NCBI GenBank assembly: GCA_965214405.1
Contig: OZ243956.1
Span: 2,560,001-2,624,000, forward strand
From: Trueperaceae bacterium
GTDB taxonomy: Bacteria > Deinococcota > Deinococci > Deinococcales > Trueperaceae
Reading direction: 5' to 3'
Length of the DNA stretch: 64,000 nucleotides
Positions within the stretch are counted from its first letter, which is position 1, and each line of letters starts with the position of its first letter. The notes under the pieces are model-generated. The model made no database searches, was not told the DNA's origin, and worked only from the letters and a program-made list of their open reading frames with translations. Positions 21,369 to 31,309 of the stretch are shown piece by piece. Position numbers and translations under genes: made by a program.

Positions 21369-22136
21369 TCACAAACCGCCCCTCGAGCGAACCACCTGCC
21401 CTGTCACCCAGCGCGCCTCGTCCGAGGCCAAAAAGAGAATCAGCCGCGCCGCGTCCTCGGGCGCGCTGACGCGTCCCATTGGTGCTTCATTTTCCAACCG
21501 CGCTTTGAGTTCGGGCGTCATCCAGCCCGTGTCAGTCGCGCCGGGGTCTACCGCGTTAACCGTGATGCTCTTGGGCGCGAGCGCCGCGCTGAGGCTTAAG
21601 GTCAGGGCCTCGAGCGCCCCCTTGGTGGCCGCATAGGCGAGTTCTTCGGGCATCGGCGCGAGCCCCTGACCCGAGGTGAGATTGATGATACGCCCTCCGT
21701 CTCCCCGAAACCGTTTGGCAAACTCTACGCACAGAAGGGCCGCGCCGCGCAGGTTGACCGCGTAGTGCTTATCGAGTCCCTCGGCAGTGAGGGTGTAGAC
21801 ATCGTCTCGTTCGGAATGTGTGGCGTTGTTGACCAAAATGTCCACTTGCCCCAGTTCACGTTCGGCTCGTTCAAAGAGAAAGGACGCCGCGTTCTCTTGG
21901 GAGAGGTCGAGTTCAAGGCTCGAGGCCCGCACCCCGTAACCCCCAAGTTCTTCAACGAGCCTTTCGACTTCGCCCTCGTCGCTCCCCCAGGGCATAGAGG
22001 CGTCGTAAGACTGATACGTCGTGAGGAGCACGTTCGCACCTGCCTGGGCGAAGGCTCGAGCCACCGCCGCGCCGATGCCTTTGGCCCGGCTTGCCCCCGT
22101 GACGATGGCGTTTTTTCCTCTTAAAGGCACTTGCAA
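21369..22136 (-). CDS. SDR-family oxidoreductase
   Basis: TGASRAKGIG, LVNNA, YAATK. Confidence 0.92.
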   Translation of the reverse strand: MQVPLRGKNAIVTGASRAKGIGAAVARAFAQAGANVLLTTYQSYDASMPWGSDEGEVERLVEELGGYGVRASSLELDLSQENAASFLFERAERELGQVDILVNNATHSERDDVYTLTAEGLDKHYAVNLRGAALLCVEFAKRFRGDGGRIINLTSGQGLAPMPEELAYAATKGALEALTLSLSAALAPKSITVNAVDPGATDTGWMTPELKARLENEAPMGRVSAPEDAARLILFLASDEARWVTGQVVRSRGGL

Positions 22137-22139
22137 ACG

Positions 22140-22673
22140 CTACAGCCAGACTTGGACGTGGTCGGGGAACTCGAGCAAGGCGAACGCCTCACCAAAGGGG
22201 AGTTCAAAGACGGTTTTGTAAATCTCACCTTCCGGGTCGCGGTGAACTGTCCACATTTCAGCGTTCACATCCGCCACCCAGTAATCTTTCACGCCGACTT
22301 TGGCGTAAACCTCACGCTTACGCCCCAAGTCGAGTTTGAGAGATGTGTTTGCCACTCCGATGAGTAAAAGGATGTCCTCGGGCTTTGGGCGCGTTTTAGA
22401 GTAGTCTTTGTGTGCCGCGAGGACTACATCAGGATGCGGTAGCCATTCAGGAAGCTCGATATCCACTGCGTTCTGGACGCGTACGAACACGCGTCCATAA
22501 AACGTGTGAGAAAACTGTGCGTTCAGCCTATCAATGGCGAATTCGTGATTAGGGTTAGCTGGACTCATGTCAACAATCGTCCCGTCAATGAGTTCAACAC
22601 GCTGGTCGTGAAAGAGCCCCGCATCGACCATGACGGCGAAGTCCTCAACGGTAAAGGGGTGAGGCTTGAGCAT
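22140..22673 (-). CDS. Uma2-family protein, likely inactive variant
   Basis: RVELIDG, PHPD, LLIGVAN (E replaced by G), YAKVGVKDYW. Confidence 0.85.
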   Translation of the reverse strand: MLKPHPFTVEDFAVMVDAGLFHDQRVELIDGTIVDMSPANPNHEFAIDRLNAQFSHTFYGRVFVRVQNAVDIELPEWLPHPDVVLAAHKDYSKTRPKPEDILLLIGVANTSLKLDLGRKREVYAKVGVKDYWVADVNAEMWTVHRDPEGEIYKTVFELPFGEAFALLEFPDHVQVWL

Positions 22674-22688
22674 GGCTTAGTGTAGCAT

Positions 22689-23618
22689 TCAGACCTTCTG
22701 CGGCTCCGAGACCCAGTCCCTTGGCTGCAAAAAGCTGAGCATCTTCGCCTCCGGTGTGCCCGGTTTGGGCCGGTAATCAAACGCCCAATGCGCGTAAGGG
22801 GGCATACTCATCAGGATAGCCTCGATGTTGCCACCCGTCTGCAAACCAAACGTGGTGCCGCGGTCATACACGAGGTTAAATTCGACGTAACGCCCGCGGC
22901 GGTAGAGTTGCCACTGCCGTTCACGCTCATGGTAAGGGGTGTCCATGCGGCGCTCTAAGATGGGCAGATAACTCGGTAGCAGCGTCCGCACCCCGTCCTC
23001 GACAAACGCGAAGTCCGTTTCCCAATCGCCCGCGCCCACAGGCGAAAGCTCATCAAAAAAGATACCGCCGACGCCCCGCATCTCCTGCCGGTGTTTGATG
23101 TAAAAGTACGCGTCGCACGTTTTTTTGAGCGTGGCGTAGTCCCCCACCGGGTGACGGTCACACAAGCTTTTCAACGCCCTATGAAAGTGAACCGCGTCCT
23201 CTTCAAAGGGGTAGTTGGGCGTCATGTCCGCGCCGCCGCCGAACCACCAGACGTTATCCTCTTCTCCTGCTTCGCCTACTTCAAAGTAACGGTAATTCGC
23301 GTGAAACGCGGGTGCGTAAGGGTTGCGCGGGTGAAAGACCATCGAGATACCCGTGACAAAGTAAGGCTTGCCCTCGGTACCCTGATGCTGCGCGGCGAGG
23401 CTCGGGGGAACCGCGTCGCCGTAAATCACCGAGGTATTGACGCCTGCGCGCTCCAAAACGCGGCCTCCCTCTAAAACCTTGGCCGTTCCTCCACCCCCGC
23501 CGGGACGCTCCCAAATGTGCGGCTTAAAAGTAGCCTCACCGTCGAGCTCTTCAAACGTAGAAATGAGCTTTTCCTGGCCCTCTTTCATGAGGGTGACGAC
23601 GCGGTCTCGAGGGGTCAC
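22689..23618 (-). CDS. hemF: Oxygen-dependent coproporphyrinogen III oxidase
   Basis: WWFGGGADMTP, RGVGGIFFD, RRGRYVEFNLVYDRGTTFGL. Confidence 0.97.
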   Translation of the reverse strand: MTPRDRVVTLMKEGQEKLISTFEELDGEATFKPHIWERPGGGGGTAKVLEGGRVLERAGVNTSVIYGDAVPPSLAAQHQGTEGKPYFVTGISMVFHPRNPYAPAFHANYRYFEVGEAGEEDNVWWFGGGADMTPNYPFEEDAVHFHRALKSLCDRHPVGDYATLKKTCDAYFYIKHRQEMRGVGGIFFDELSPVGAGDWETDFAFVEDGVRTLLPSYLPILERRMDTPYHERERQWQLYRRGRYVEFNLVYDRGTTFGLQTGGNIEAILMSMPPYAHWAFDYRPKPGTPEAKMLSFLQPRDWVSEPQKV

Positions 23619-24643
23619 AAACGCACCTCCTCTCGAGCTTGCCGGTCGAACGCCTTGACCACCTCGACCAAATATTCCGCGTGCGCCGGGTCCGTCTGGC
23701 GCATGATGCCGTGGCCCAAGTTGAAGATGTGAGGGCCGCCCAGGCCTTCGCGCAGCACCCGCTCGGCGGCCTCTTTGATCGTCTCTTTGGGCGCGAGCAG
23801 CGTCGCGGGGTCCAGATTACCCTGTAAGACCTTGCCGGGTAGAAGCTCACGCACGCGGCTCAAGGGCGTGCGCCAGTCCACACTCACAACCTCGGCAGGC
23901 AAGTCGGCGATTTCGCTGTAAAGGTGGAGCGATTCGACAGCCAGGTAGATGCGCGGGACACCCAGAGGGGCCAACGCCTCGAGCACCCGCGCCGCGTAGG
24001 GCTTGCCAAAGGTTGCGTAGCTCCGCGCGTCGTGGAGCCCCGCCCAGGAGTCGAACACCTGAATCGCCTGCGCCCCCGCCTCGACCTGCATGGTGAGGTA
24101 GCGGATGGAAACTTCGGTGAGTTTCTCGAGCAACCTGTGCGCCGCCTCGGGTTCTTGGCGCAGGAAGCCCCGAAAGGCCGCGTAGTCTTTCGAGCCGCCC
24201 CCTTGCACACAGTAGGTGGCGAGCGTCAAGGGCGCACCGCCAAAGCCGATGACGGGCACGGGCGACGCCCCGCGGATGAGGCGGAGCGCGTCACCCACAT
24301 AGGGCGCGATTTCGTCTTTGTCGGGAATACGTAGCGCCTCGACGGCTTTGGGTGAGCGCACGGGCTCCTCGAACACGGGGCCGGGGTTAAAGTCTATCTC
24401 GACGCCCATCGGCGGCAGGGGCGTCATGATGTCGCTAAACAAGATGGCGGCGTCTACGCCTAAACGGCGCACGGGCTGAAGCGTGATTTCGGTGGCGAGT
24501 TCGGGGTCGTGGCAGCGTTCCCAAAAGGTCGTTTTGTTGGCGATGTCCATGTATTCGGGCAGGTAGCGCCCGGCCTGGCGCATGATCCAGATGGGGGCGC
24601 GGGGGGTATCTTGGCCGTTGGCGGCGTCTAAAAAAAGGCTCAT
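23615..24643 (-). CDS. hemE: Uroporphyrinogen decarboxylase
   Basis: PIWIMRQAGRYLPEY, DAAILFSDI, QGNLDP, IFNLGHGI. Confidence 0.98.
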   Translation of the reverse strand: MSLFLDAANGQDTPRAPIWIMRQAGRYLPEYMDIANKTTFWERCHDPELATEITLQPVRRLGVDAAILFSDIMTPLPPMGVEIDFNPGPVFEEPVRSPKAVEALRIPDKDEIAPYVGDALRLIRGASPVPVIGFGGAPLTLATYCVQGGGSKDYAAFRGFLRQEPEAAHRLLEKLTEVSIRYLTMQVEAGAQAIQVFDSWAGLHDARSYATFGKPYAARVLEALAPLGVPRIYLAVESLHLYSEIADLPAEVVSVDWRTPLSRVRELLPGKVLQGNLDPATLLAPKETIKEAAERVLREGLGGPHIFNLGHGIMRQTDPAHAEYLVEVVKAFDRQAREEVRL

Positions 24644-24707
24644 ATCTCAATTGTCTCAGGTTTGCGGGCGCGTTGCATAGCGCTCCGAGCACGCTCTATG
24701 TAGAAGC

Positions 24708-25187
24708 TTATGTAGAAGACTCGAACACTAGCTCGCCAGACCGTGACGTAATCCAGCCCCCTCGCTTGGGGAAAACAGTCCAGGTAGGTTGTTCCTCAAC
24801 CAAACCAAACGACCTTATCCACCTGTCGTTCGATAACTCAATCACAAGTTCTGGCAAGCGCCCCTCGACCATAACGCTTCGTAGCGTTTCACCTGTAAGG
24901 CTTGCCAACCCCTTCTCACGTTTGGTGACGCAGTTACGGCTCGAGAACCAAATAGCTTTACCTTTCTCAACGCGCCAGTCCCACTCGAGCATGAGCGAAG
25001 CTTCGCCCTCAAGGATCGCCCTTCCGTCCCGAAAAGGGCGCTCTGTAAGGTTGCCGAGATGGAAAAGCGCTGTCCGGTAATATCCTCCGCGCGGGCGCGA
25101 AATGGGTAAGCTGACTAAAGACGAGGTGAGTTCGTGAAACTCTTTCAGTGAAACGGGAGACGATTGTACTGCGTTGAACTCAGGCAT
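24708..25187 (-). CDS. Hypothetical protein
   Basis: 159-aa ORF overlapping the vapC stop; no family recognised. Confidence 0.55.
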   Translation of the reverse strand: MPEFNAVQSSPVSLKEFHELTSSLVSLPISRPRGGYYRTALFHLGNLTERPFRDGRAILEGEASLMLEWDWRVEKGKAIWFSSRNCVTKREKGLASLTGETLRSVMVEGRLPELVIELSNDRWIRSFGLVEEQPTWTVFPKRGGWITSRSGELVFESST

Positions 25188-25622
25188 CCGTCCAATTCTC
25201 CACCGGTAAACCTGGAACTCGCTCGAATTCGCGGGTGTTATTGGTCACGAGCGTGGCGTTTAGGCTCAGGGCGTGCGCGGCGATGAGGGTGTCTGAGAGG
25301 CCGACGGAGGTGCCCTGGCGCTCGAGACTCGCCCTAAGCCGCGCGTAAGCCGGTGCAGCGGTCTCTCCGAAAGGGTGAACGGTCATAGAAGAGAGGAATA
25401 GGCTCAAGGCGCGCAGGCTACGCTCGCCAAAGCCGCTTTTCTCTGCGCCAAAGTGCAACTCGGCGACCGTGATGCTCGACACGCCAGCGTTACGGATGTC
25501 AACCTCACCCTCGAAACGCCAGCGTTACGGATGTCAACCTCACCCTCGAAACGTTCAATGACGCTCCTTGGACGTCGTTTGATAATGTAGATGCAGGTAT
25601 CCGTATCGAGCAGGTAGGTCAT
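25180..25622 (-). pseudogene. vapC: VapC PIN toxin frameshifted by a 35-bp tandem duplication
   Basis: [15 protein letters not shown] in one frame, SSITVAELHFGAEKS...DTLIAAHALS...LVTNNTREFERV in another; removing one repeat copy restores a 135-aa ORF. Confidence 0.9.
25481..25550. repeat. Perfect 35-bp tandem duplication
   Basis: ACGCCAGCGTTACGGATGTCAACCTCACCCTCGAA x2. Confidence 0.97.
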
Positions 25623-25885
25623 TCGCTCAAGGGCTCGCGCTCTTCGACTTCCGTAGGCTGGTTGCGCTCGAGCTTATAAACATCGTCTGTAAATATGTCT
25701 AAACTCTCCTGCAATAAAGTGAGACGGTCTTTGTAAGGTGACAAAACAATGTCCTCCCCCTCCCGACGGATAAAAACTTTGTCCCCTTCAAAACGGTATT
25801 CCTTGGGCAACCTTACCGCCTGAGAGCTTCCGTTCTTAAAGAGTTTAGCGGTGTCTTCTAAACTGGGGGAAGTCTTTGTCTTCAC
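25619..25885 (-). CDS. vapB: VapB antitoxin (AbrB/MazE fold)
   Basis: [23 protein letters not shown]. Confidence 0.92.
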   Translation of the reverse strand: MKTKTSPSLEDTAKLFKNGSSQAVRLPKEYRFEGDKVFIRREGEDIVLSPYKDRLTLLQESLDIFTDDVYKLERNQPTEVEEREPLSE

Positions 25886-26075
25886 AAGATAAGTTTATGC
25901 CAAATGCCTATACTTCTTTTCGTTCCCCCTTACTTCCGGCATGAGTGCGCAGCCGCAACGTGTGAAAATAGTCAAACCCTCAAAAGCCAAGTTTCCACCT
26001 CCCTCACAAGAAAGGAGCCGCTACCATGCGGTGAGTTTTTTGGCTTCACGACACTTTGAGAGGACGCTATTATCT

Positions 26076-27968
26076 ATGCTGAATGGACGAAAAACGCTTC
26101 CCTATCGCCTCCGCGTCGCGGTCACCCTGGCGGGACTGCTCTTGGTTGGACTGCTCCCAGGCTGTGACTCGGGAGGTCCGACTTTTCCGAGCACCGTCCC
26201 GGACGACGCGCTCGAGCCCAACAACACCCGTGAAGAAGCAACGGAAATAGAACTTGACTATCAAGCCGACCTCGTTTTGCAGGACCAAGACAAAGATTGG
26301 TTTAAGTTCACGCTCGTTGAAGGAACATTTCTCGAGGTAATGATGAAAGTGCCTGATGCTCAGTATTGGGACGCTTTTATAGAAATCTACAAAGACACCC
26401 AGCCCGTCACAACGCTTCAGCTTAATGCGGACGTGAGCACGAGTCGATACGAATACCTCTCCGCGGGTGACTACTACCTAAAGTTAGCGGGACATATCAC
26501 CTCCAATACACGTAAGTACAGCGTCAACATCTCTGCTAAGGCGCTGCCGGACGCGGCTTATGAGCCCAACAACACCTTCCAGACCGCCAGCAAGACTGAG
26601 TCCAACGCCGGAGCGCAGGAGATGTTTCTCGGCGGGGGGGATGAGGACTGGTACACCTTTACTCTGGACGAAACCCAGATTGTGACTATTAACTTAGACG
26701 AGGGTGTCGGTTCCGGTTACACCACGTTTAACAGAGCCCTTTATAACAGCAAGCTCGAGGCTTACAACAACAGCAAAAACGAGTACGGGGACGGGTACTG
26801 GGAAACGCTCACCGTGGGCCTCGAGCCGGGCACCTACTATATCCGCGCGTATAGAGAACAAGACGTCGAGTCGGGCTCGCCATACTCGCTAAGCGTCTCG
26901 AGCGTCCCCATCCCGGACAAAGCGTACGAGCCGAACGACTCGGCACGAACTGCTACCAAAGTCGAACTCAACGCCGAAGCGCGGGAGATGTTTTTGGGAG
27001 AGAAAGACGAGGACTGGTACACCTTTACGCTTGACGAACCCCAGATTGTGACCATCGCGCCAGAGGAGGGCAAAGATTATTACGCGTTTGACAGATTGCT
27101 CTACAACAGCGATTTCAAGGTGTACAGTAATAACCCGTACTGGAACGAATCGTGGAAAACTCTCACCATCGCGCTCGAGCCCGACACCTACTACGTCCGC
27201 GCGTATAGAGAACGCGCGTTTGTTTCGAGCGGCGTACTTTACTCCATGCGTGTCTCCGGCGAGCCCGTGCCGGACCAGTCTTACGAGCCGAACAACAGCT
27301 TCGGTCAAGCCACACCCATCAAGCTTCCTTTTGAGGATGATTTCTTCATCTACAAGGAGGACGAGGACTGGTTCACCTTCTCCATTCCCACCGAACAGCT
27401 CGTCACCTTTGACCGGGAGGATGACGCCAGCCACCAATCCTTGGTCGCAAGCGTCTATCAAGACGGCGGTGACAAGGTTCATGACTTCTATCTGGGAGGA
27501 AGTAGAGCGAGTTCGTTCCTCCTGCCCGCGGGACGCTACCGTCTTTCGCTGGGTATGCTGCCGCCCAATGACTTTTATGGCGACCCCGACAGCGGCAAAA
27601 GCTTCGCTTATTCATTGATGGTTAAAAGCGAAACTCTGCCCAAGCCGGACTTTGAACCTAACAACAGCCCTCAACAGGCTCACCAAATTTCCCTCGACTT
27701 CTCGGCGGACGCGCTCCTCGTTTCAAATGACGACGACGACTGGTTTACCTTCTCTTTAGACACGACAAAACAGGTTGTTATCGCCCTCAAAGAGTATGGC
27801 AACGGCTTGCCCTACGCTTACCTGGCCGATGCGAACGGAAACAGCATCCAAAACATCGAGAGAGGCTCGATATCTCCTGTGCTCAAGGCCGGAACCTACG
27901 GGATCAAGGTTTCGGACAGCTCGAGCGACACGTCCATCAAATACGGGCTCAGTGTAAAGAAAAAATAG
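26076..27968 (+). CDS. Lipoprotein built of five PPC-like beta-sandwich repeats
   Basis: Lipobox LLPGC after a hydrophobic stretch; five (Y/F/L)EPN(N/D) ... D.DW(Y/F).F ... GTYY repeats; start moved to MLNGRK. Confidence 0.78.
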   Translation: MLNGRKTLPYRLRVAVTLAGLLLVGLLPGCDSGGPTFPSTVPDDALEPNNTREEATEIELDYQADLVLQDQDKDWFKFTLVEGTFLEVMMKVPDAQYWDAFIEIYKDTQPVTTLQLNADVSTSRYEYLSAGDYYLKLAGHITSNTRKYSVNISAKALPDAAYEPNNTFQTASKTESNAGAQEMFLGGGDEDWYTFTLDETQIVTINLDEGVGSGYTTFNRALYNSKLEAYNNSKNEYGDGYWETLTVGLEPGTYYIRAYREQDVESGSPYSLSVSSVPIPDKAYEPNDSARTATKVELNAEAREMFLGEKDEDWYTFTLDEPQIVTIAPEEGKDYYAFDRLLYNSDFKVYSNNPYWNESWKTLTIALEPDTYYVRAYRERAFVSSGVLYSMRVSGEPVPDQSYEPNNSFGQATPIKLPFEDDFFIYKEDEDWFTFSIPTEQLVTFDREDDASHQSLVASVYQDGGDKVHDFYLGGSRASSFLLPAGRYRLSLGMLPPNDFYGDPDSGKSFAYSLMVKSETLPKPDFEPNNSPQQAHQISLDFSADALLVSNDDDDWFTFSLDTTKQVVIALKEYGNGLPYAYLADANGNSIQNIERGSISPVLKAGTYGIKVSDSSSDTSIKYGLSVKKK

Positions 27969-27988
27969 CCTGAGTCGCGGTATGTGAG

Positions 27989-28008
27989 AGCCCCTTTGGG
28001 GGCTTTTT
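27989..28008 (+). terminator. Intrinsic terminator
   Basis: AGCCCC-tttg-GGGGCT followed by a T run. Confidence 0.7.
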
Positions 28009-28018
28009 CATTTGGGAA

Positions 28019-28768
28019 CTACACCTTGTCGCGCTCTGCTACACCCTCCGGCGTGAACTTGTACCCCACGCCCCAGACGGTGTGAAAATAAACCGGGCTG
28101 CCCGGCTCCGGCTCGAAGAGTTTGCGCAGGCGCATCACGAAGTTGTCGACGGTGCGGCTTGACGGAAAGGCGTCGTCGCCCCAAACGGCGTCTAAAATGT
28201 CGTCGCGGCTCACGACCTCGTTTTTGCGTTTCGAGAGGAGTTTGAGGATGCCCAGCTCACGTTCGCCCAGGGGCTCGGTGTGACCGTCGGCAAGCGTCGC
28301 TGTCCAGCGCCGGAAGTCCACGCGGTGCCCGCCAAAGGAGAAAGTTGCGTCGTCCGGTCCTCCCTTTTCTCCTGCCCATTCTCCCTGACCCCAAGCCTGC
28401 CGCCGCAGCATGTTCTGCACGCGCAGCAAAAACTCGGGGAGGTGAAAGGGCTTGGGCAAATAGTCGTCGCCGCCTGCCAGGAGGCCCCGCACGCGGTCTT
28501 CGGGGCCTCCTTTGGCGCTCAGAAAAAGGACCGGTGTGGTGTCGCCCGCCCCGCGCATTCTTTCGCAGAGGCTGTAGCCGTCCATAAACGGCAGCATTAC
28601 GTCGAGCACGACCAAGTTGGGGGAAAGCTCTTCCCACGCGTGTTGCCCCGCGCGCCCGTCGGGAGCCACGGTTACCTCAAAGCCTTCTTCGGCTAAGTTA
28701 TCGGCCAAAATCTCGGCCATCGTCGCCTCATCTTCGACGATGAGGACGCGCGGGGCGGGGCGCATCAT
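28019..28768 (-). CDS. OmpR/PhoB-family response regulator
   Basis: VLIVEDE, LDVMLP, DDYLPKPF, winged helix RTVDNFVMRLR, TVWGVGY. Confidence 0.95.
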   Translation of the reverse strand: MMRPAPRVLIVEDEATMAEILADNLAEEGFEVTVAPDGRAGQHAWEELSPNLVVLDVMLPFMDGYSLCERMRGAGDTTPVLFLSAKGGPEDRVRGLLAGGDDYLPKPFHLPEFLLRVQNMLRRQAWGQGEWAGEKGGPDDATFSFGGHRVDFRRWTATLADGHTEPLGERELGILKLLSKRKNEVVSRDDILDAVWGDDAFPSSRTVDNFVMRLRKLFEPEPGSPVYFHTVWGVGYKFTPEGVAERDKV

Positions 28769-29904
28769 GCGGGCTCCGTGATGGGTTGGACTGCTCGAGC
28801 CTCCAGACGCCGCGGCAGCACCACGCTAAAACGCGTGCCCTGCGGCAGTCTTTCACAGCGCACCCAGCCGTTCATCGCCTCCGTCATCGTCTTGACCAGA
28901 TGGAGGCCCAGCCCCACCCCGGTGGACTCGCGCGTCATTTCGTTGCCGACCCGGTAAAACTTGTCGAACACGCGCCGCGTCTCGCCCTCGTTTACCCCGA
29001 CGCCCTCGTCCTCGACGTGGAGGACGGCGAGGTGGTGTTGAGAAACGAGCCTCACCGTCACCCGTTTCTCAGACCCTGGGCTGTATTTAACCGCGTTGTC
29101 GAGAAGGTTGCCCAGCACGATGCCGAACGCCGCCCCGTCGAGCGACACGGGGAGCGGTTGGGGGCTGTAGTGGACGGTTAAGGAAGCGCCCCTGGCCTCG
29201 AGCCCCCCCCTCAAACTCTCCACTGTCCCCCGCACCGCCTCGTTGAGGTCGGCGGCTTGCAGGTGGGTCGAAGTTTTGCCGCCCTCGAGCCGCGCCGAGG
29301 CCAGCACCTGTTCGGAGGTCTTCTCGAGGCGCGAAAGTTCGCGCTCCATCTTCTCCAAATACTGACGCTGCTTGTCCGGGTTCAGCGCGCGGTAGAGCGC
29401 GGTCTCGATGAGCAAGCGGAGCGTACCTAGGGGCGTTTTGAATTCGTGGGTGATGGCCGACAAAAAATTCTGCTGGCGGCGCTTGAGTTCGCGTTCGGCG
29501 CGCAGGCTCCGCGCGATGATGGTGAGCCCCGAAAGAACCACCAAGACGAAAAAGGGTCCCTCAAAGGCGAACATGCGGACGAAACCCTCCTGCCGCTCCC
29601 TAAACGCCGCCACCCGCTGCGCGTCGAGTACAAAACGCCCCCCAACAAGTTGCAGGTGCGGGTAGTCGCGCTCCAACTCATCAATCAACGCCTCGTCCCC
29701 CGGCGCACGTTCCAAGGCGGCGTTGGCGGCCTCCACGTCCTTTTCCCAAGTCTGAAGCGTCGTGCGCGTCACGTCCGTGATGTAGTTGTGCTGAAAAACG
29801 ATCCACCACACCACCTGCGCGAGCACGAACACGATGATAACGCCAAAGGCGACGCGCGTGGCGGTGGGGGAGGTTGACGAGGGGCGTTTAAGGGGGAGGC
29901 GCAT
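28765..29904 (-). CDS. Sensor histidine kinase with two TM helices
   Basis: H-box ITHEFKTPL, NLLDNAVKYS, DEGVG, GVGLGL; start may be 29922. Confidence 0.94.
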   Translation of the reverse strand: MRLPLKRPSSTSPTATRVAFGVIIVFVLAQVVWWIVFQHNYITDVTRTTLQTWEKDVEAANAALERAPGDEALIDELERDYPHLQLVGGRFVLDAQRVAAFRERQEGFVRMFAFEGPFFVLVVLSGLTIIARSLRAERELKRRQQNFLSAITHEFKTPLGTLRLLIETALYRALNPDKQRQYLEKMERELSRLEKTSEQVLASARLEGGKTSTHLQAADLNEAVRGTVESLRGGLEARGASLTVHYSPQPLPVSLDGAAFGIVLGNLLDNAVKYSPGSEKRVTVRLVSQHHLAVLHVEDEGVGVNEGETRRVFDKFYRVGNEMTRESTGVGLGLHLVKTMTEAMNGWVRCERLPQGTRFSVVLPRRLEARAVQPITEPA

Positions 29905-29908
29905 GGGT

Positions 29909-30229
29909 TTAGGAGTTAACAAGGACTTTGTCGCCCTTTATAAAAGGTGTTTGAATAACGAAATGGAAATAATCTTCTGAGTTTTTTACAAACGTATGTG
30001 CTTTGCCCGGCTCGAGCACCAGCATGTCGCCCGCCTGAAGAGACACCTCACGTTCGTTAACCGAGGCGGTACTCTCGCCTCGAGCCACCAGATAGATTTC
30101 AAACATCGTCTCGTGAAGGTGCGGCTCGTCCACTCCTTCGTTGGCGTAACCCACCGGCACGGGAACGGGAGAGTTCCAAGGGCCGACGAACCAGCCCTTG
30201 GCTTTGGCGTCGGGGGAGAAGTGAATCAC
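29909..30229 (-). CDS. Cupin-domain protein
   Basis: PHLH...EIYLVARG...GDMLVLEPGKAH. Confidence 0.8.
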   Translation of the reverse strand: MIHFSPDAKAKGWFVGPWNSPVPVPVGYANEGVDEPHLHETMFEIYLVARGESTASVNEREVSLQAGDMLVLEPGKAHTFVKNSEDYFHFVIQTPFIKGDKVLVNS

Positions 30230-31299
30230 GCCAGCCAGCCCCCCTCCAGGGCCTCGAGCGCGTGATAAGAAATTATCAGGTCAGCCCCGGCGCGGCGGAT
30301 GGAAAGGAGGCTTTCGCGCACCGCCGCGGGTTCGTCGAGCACGCCCGCCGCGGCGGCGGCCTTGAGCATCGCATATTCGCCCGAGACGTTGTAGGCCACC
30401 AGCGGCAGCGTGGTCTGCGGGCGCAGCCGGGCCAAAACGTCTAAGTAAGGCAGCGCGGGCTTAACCATGAGCATGTCCGCGCCTTCGGCCTCATCCAAAG
30501 CGGCCTCGCGCCCCGCCTCGCGGGCGTTGCGCGGGTCCATCTGGTAAGTTTTGCGGTTTCTCGGCGGCGTCATGCCGTCATAATAGGCTGCGTCTCCCTG
30601 TGGCGCCGAGCCCGCCGCATCCCTGAAAGGCCCGTAAAAGGCCGACGCGTACTTGACCGCGTACGAAAGAATCCCCACCTCCGCGAAACCCGCCGCGTCG
30701 AGCGCACCCCGGATGTGACCCACCCGCCCGTCCATCATGTCGGACGGCGAGACCATATCCGCGCCCGCCTCGGCGTGGATAAGCGCCATGTCGGACAAGC
30801 GGCGGAGGCTCGAGTCGTTGTCCACCACCAGTTCAGTTTTCGGGCCGCGCGGCGCTTTCAACAGCCCACAGTGCCCGTGGTCGGTATAACCGCACAAGCA
30901 CACGTCGGTGATGAGAACAAGGTCGTCGCCAAACGCACGCTTCGCCTCGCGTAGCGCCGCGGGCACGGGGCCGCGCGGGTCGCTCACTGCCGCGCCCGTG
31001 GATGATTTGACGTTAGCAGGCACGACGCCGAAGAGGACGGCGGAGCGGACGCCCACGTTAAGGGCACGCTCGAGTTCCCTTAGCAACTTGTCAACGCTCA
31101 AGCGCGACACGCCGGGAAGCGAGCCGATGGGCTCCTCGGCGTCACGTCCGGGAATCACAAAAAAGGGCGCGATGAAGTGGCGGGGCTCGAGCGCCGTCTC
31201 CGCGACGAGCGCGCGCATTGCGGAACCCCCCCGCAAACGGCGTGGACGTTTGATGAGCTCTGCTGTGTCTTTCGTGATGCGCTCTCTCACTGTTGTCAT
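30226..31299 (-). CDS. hemB: Porphobilinogen synthase (Zn-type)
   Basis: DVCLCGYTDHGHCG, SPSDMMDGRV, ASAFYGPFRDA, MVKP. Confidence 0.98.
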   Translation of the reverse strand: MTTVRERITKDTAELIKRPRRLRGGSAMRALVAETALEPRHFIAPFFVIPGRDAEEPIGSLPGVSRLSVDKLLRELERALNVGVRSAVLFGVVPANVKSSTGAAVSDPRGPVPAALREAKRAFGDDLVLITDVCLCGYTDHGHCGLLKAPRGPKTELVVDNDSSLRRLSDMALIHAEAGADMVSPSDMMDGRVGHIRGALDAAGFAEVGILSYAVKYASAFYGPFRDAAGSAPQGDAAYYDGMTPPRNRKTYQMDPRNAREAGREAALDEAEGADMLMVKPALPYLDVLARLRPQTTLPLVAYNVSGEYAMLKAAAAAGVLDEPAAVRESLLSIRRAGADLIISYHALEALEGGWLA

Positions 31300-31309
31300 A
31301 CCGTTAACC

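Noticed and set aside
25941..26075. Extended N-terminus of the 675-aa ORF
   Set aside because: The lipoprotein signal peptide only makes sense from the ATG at 26076.
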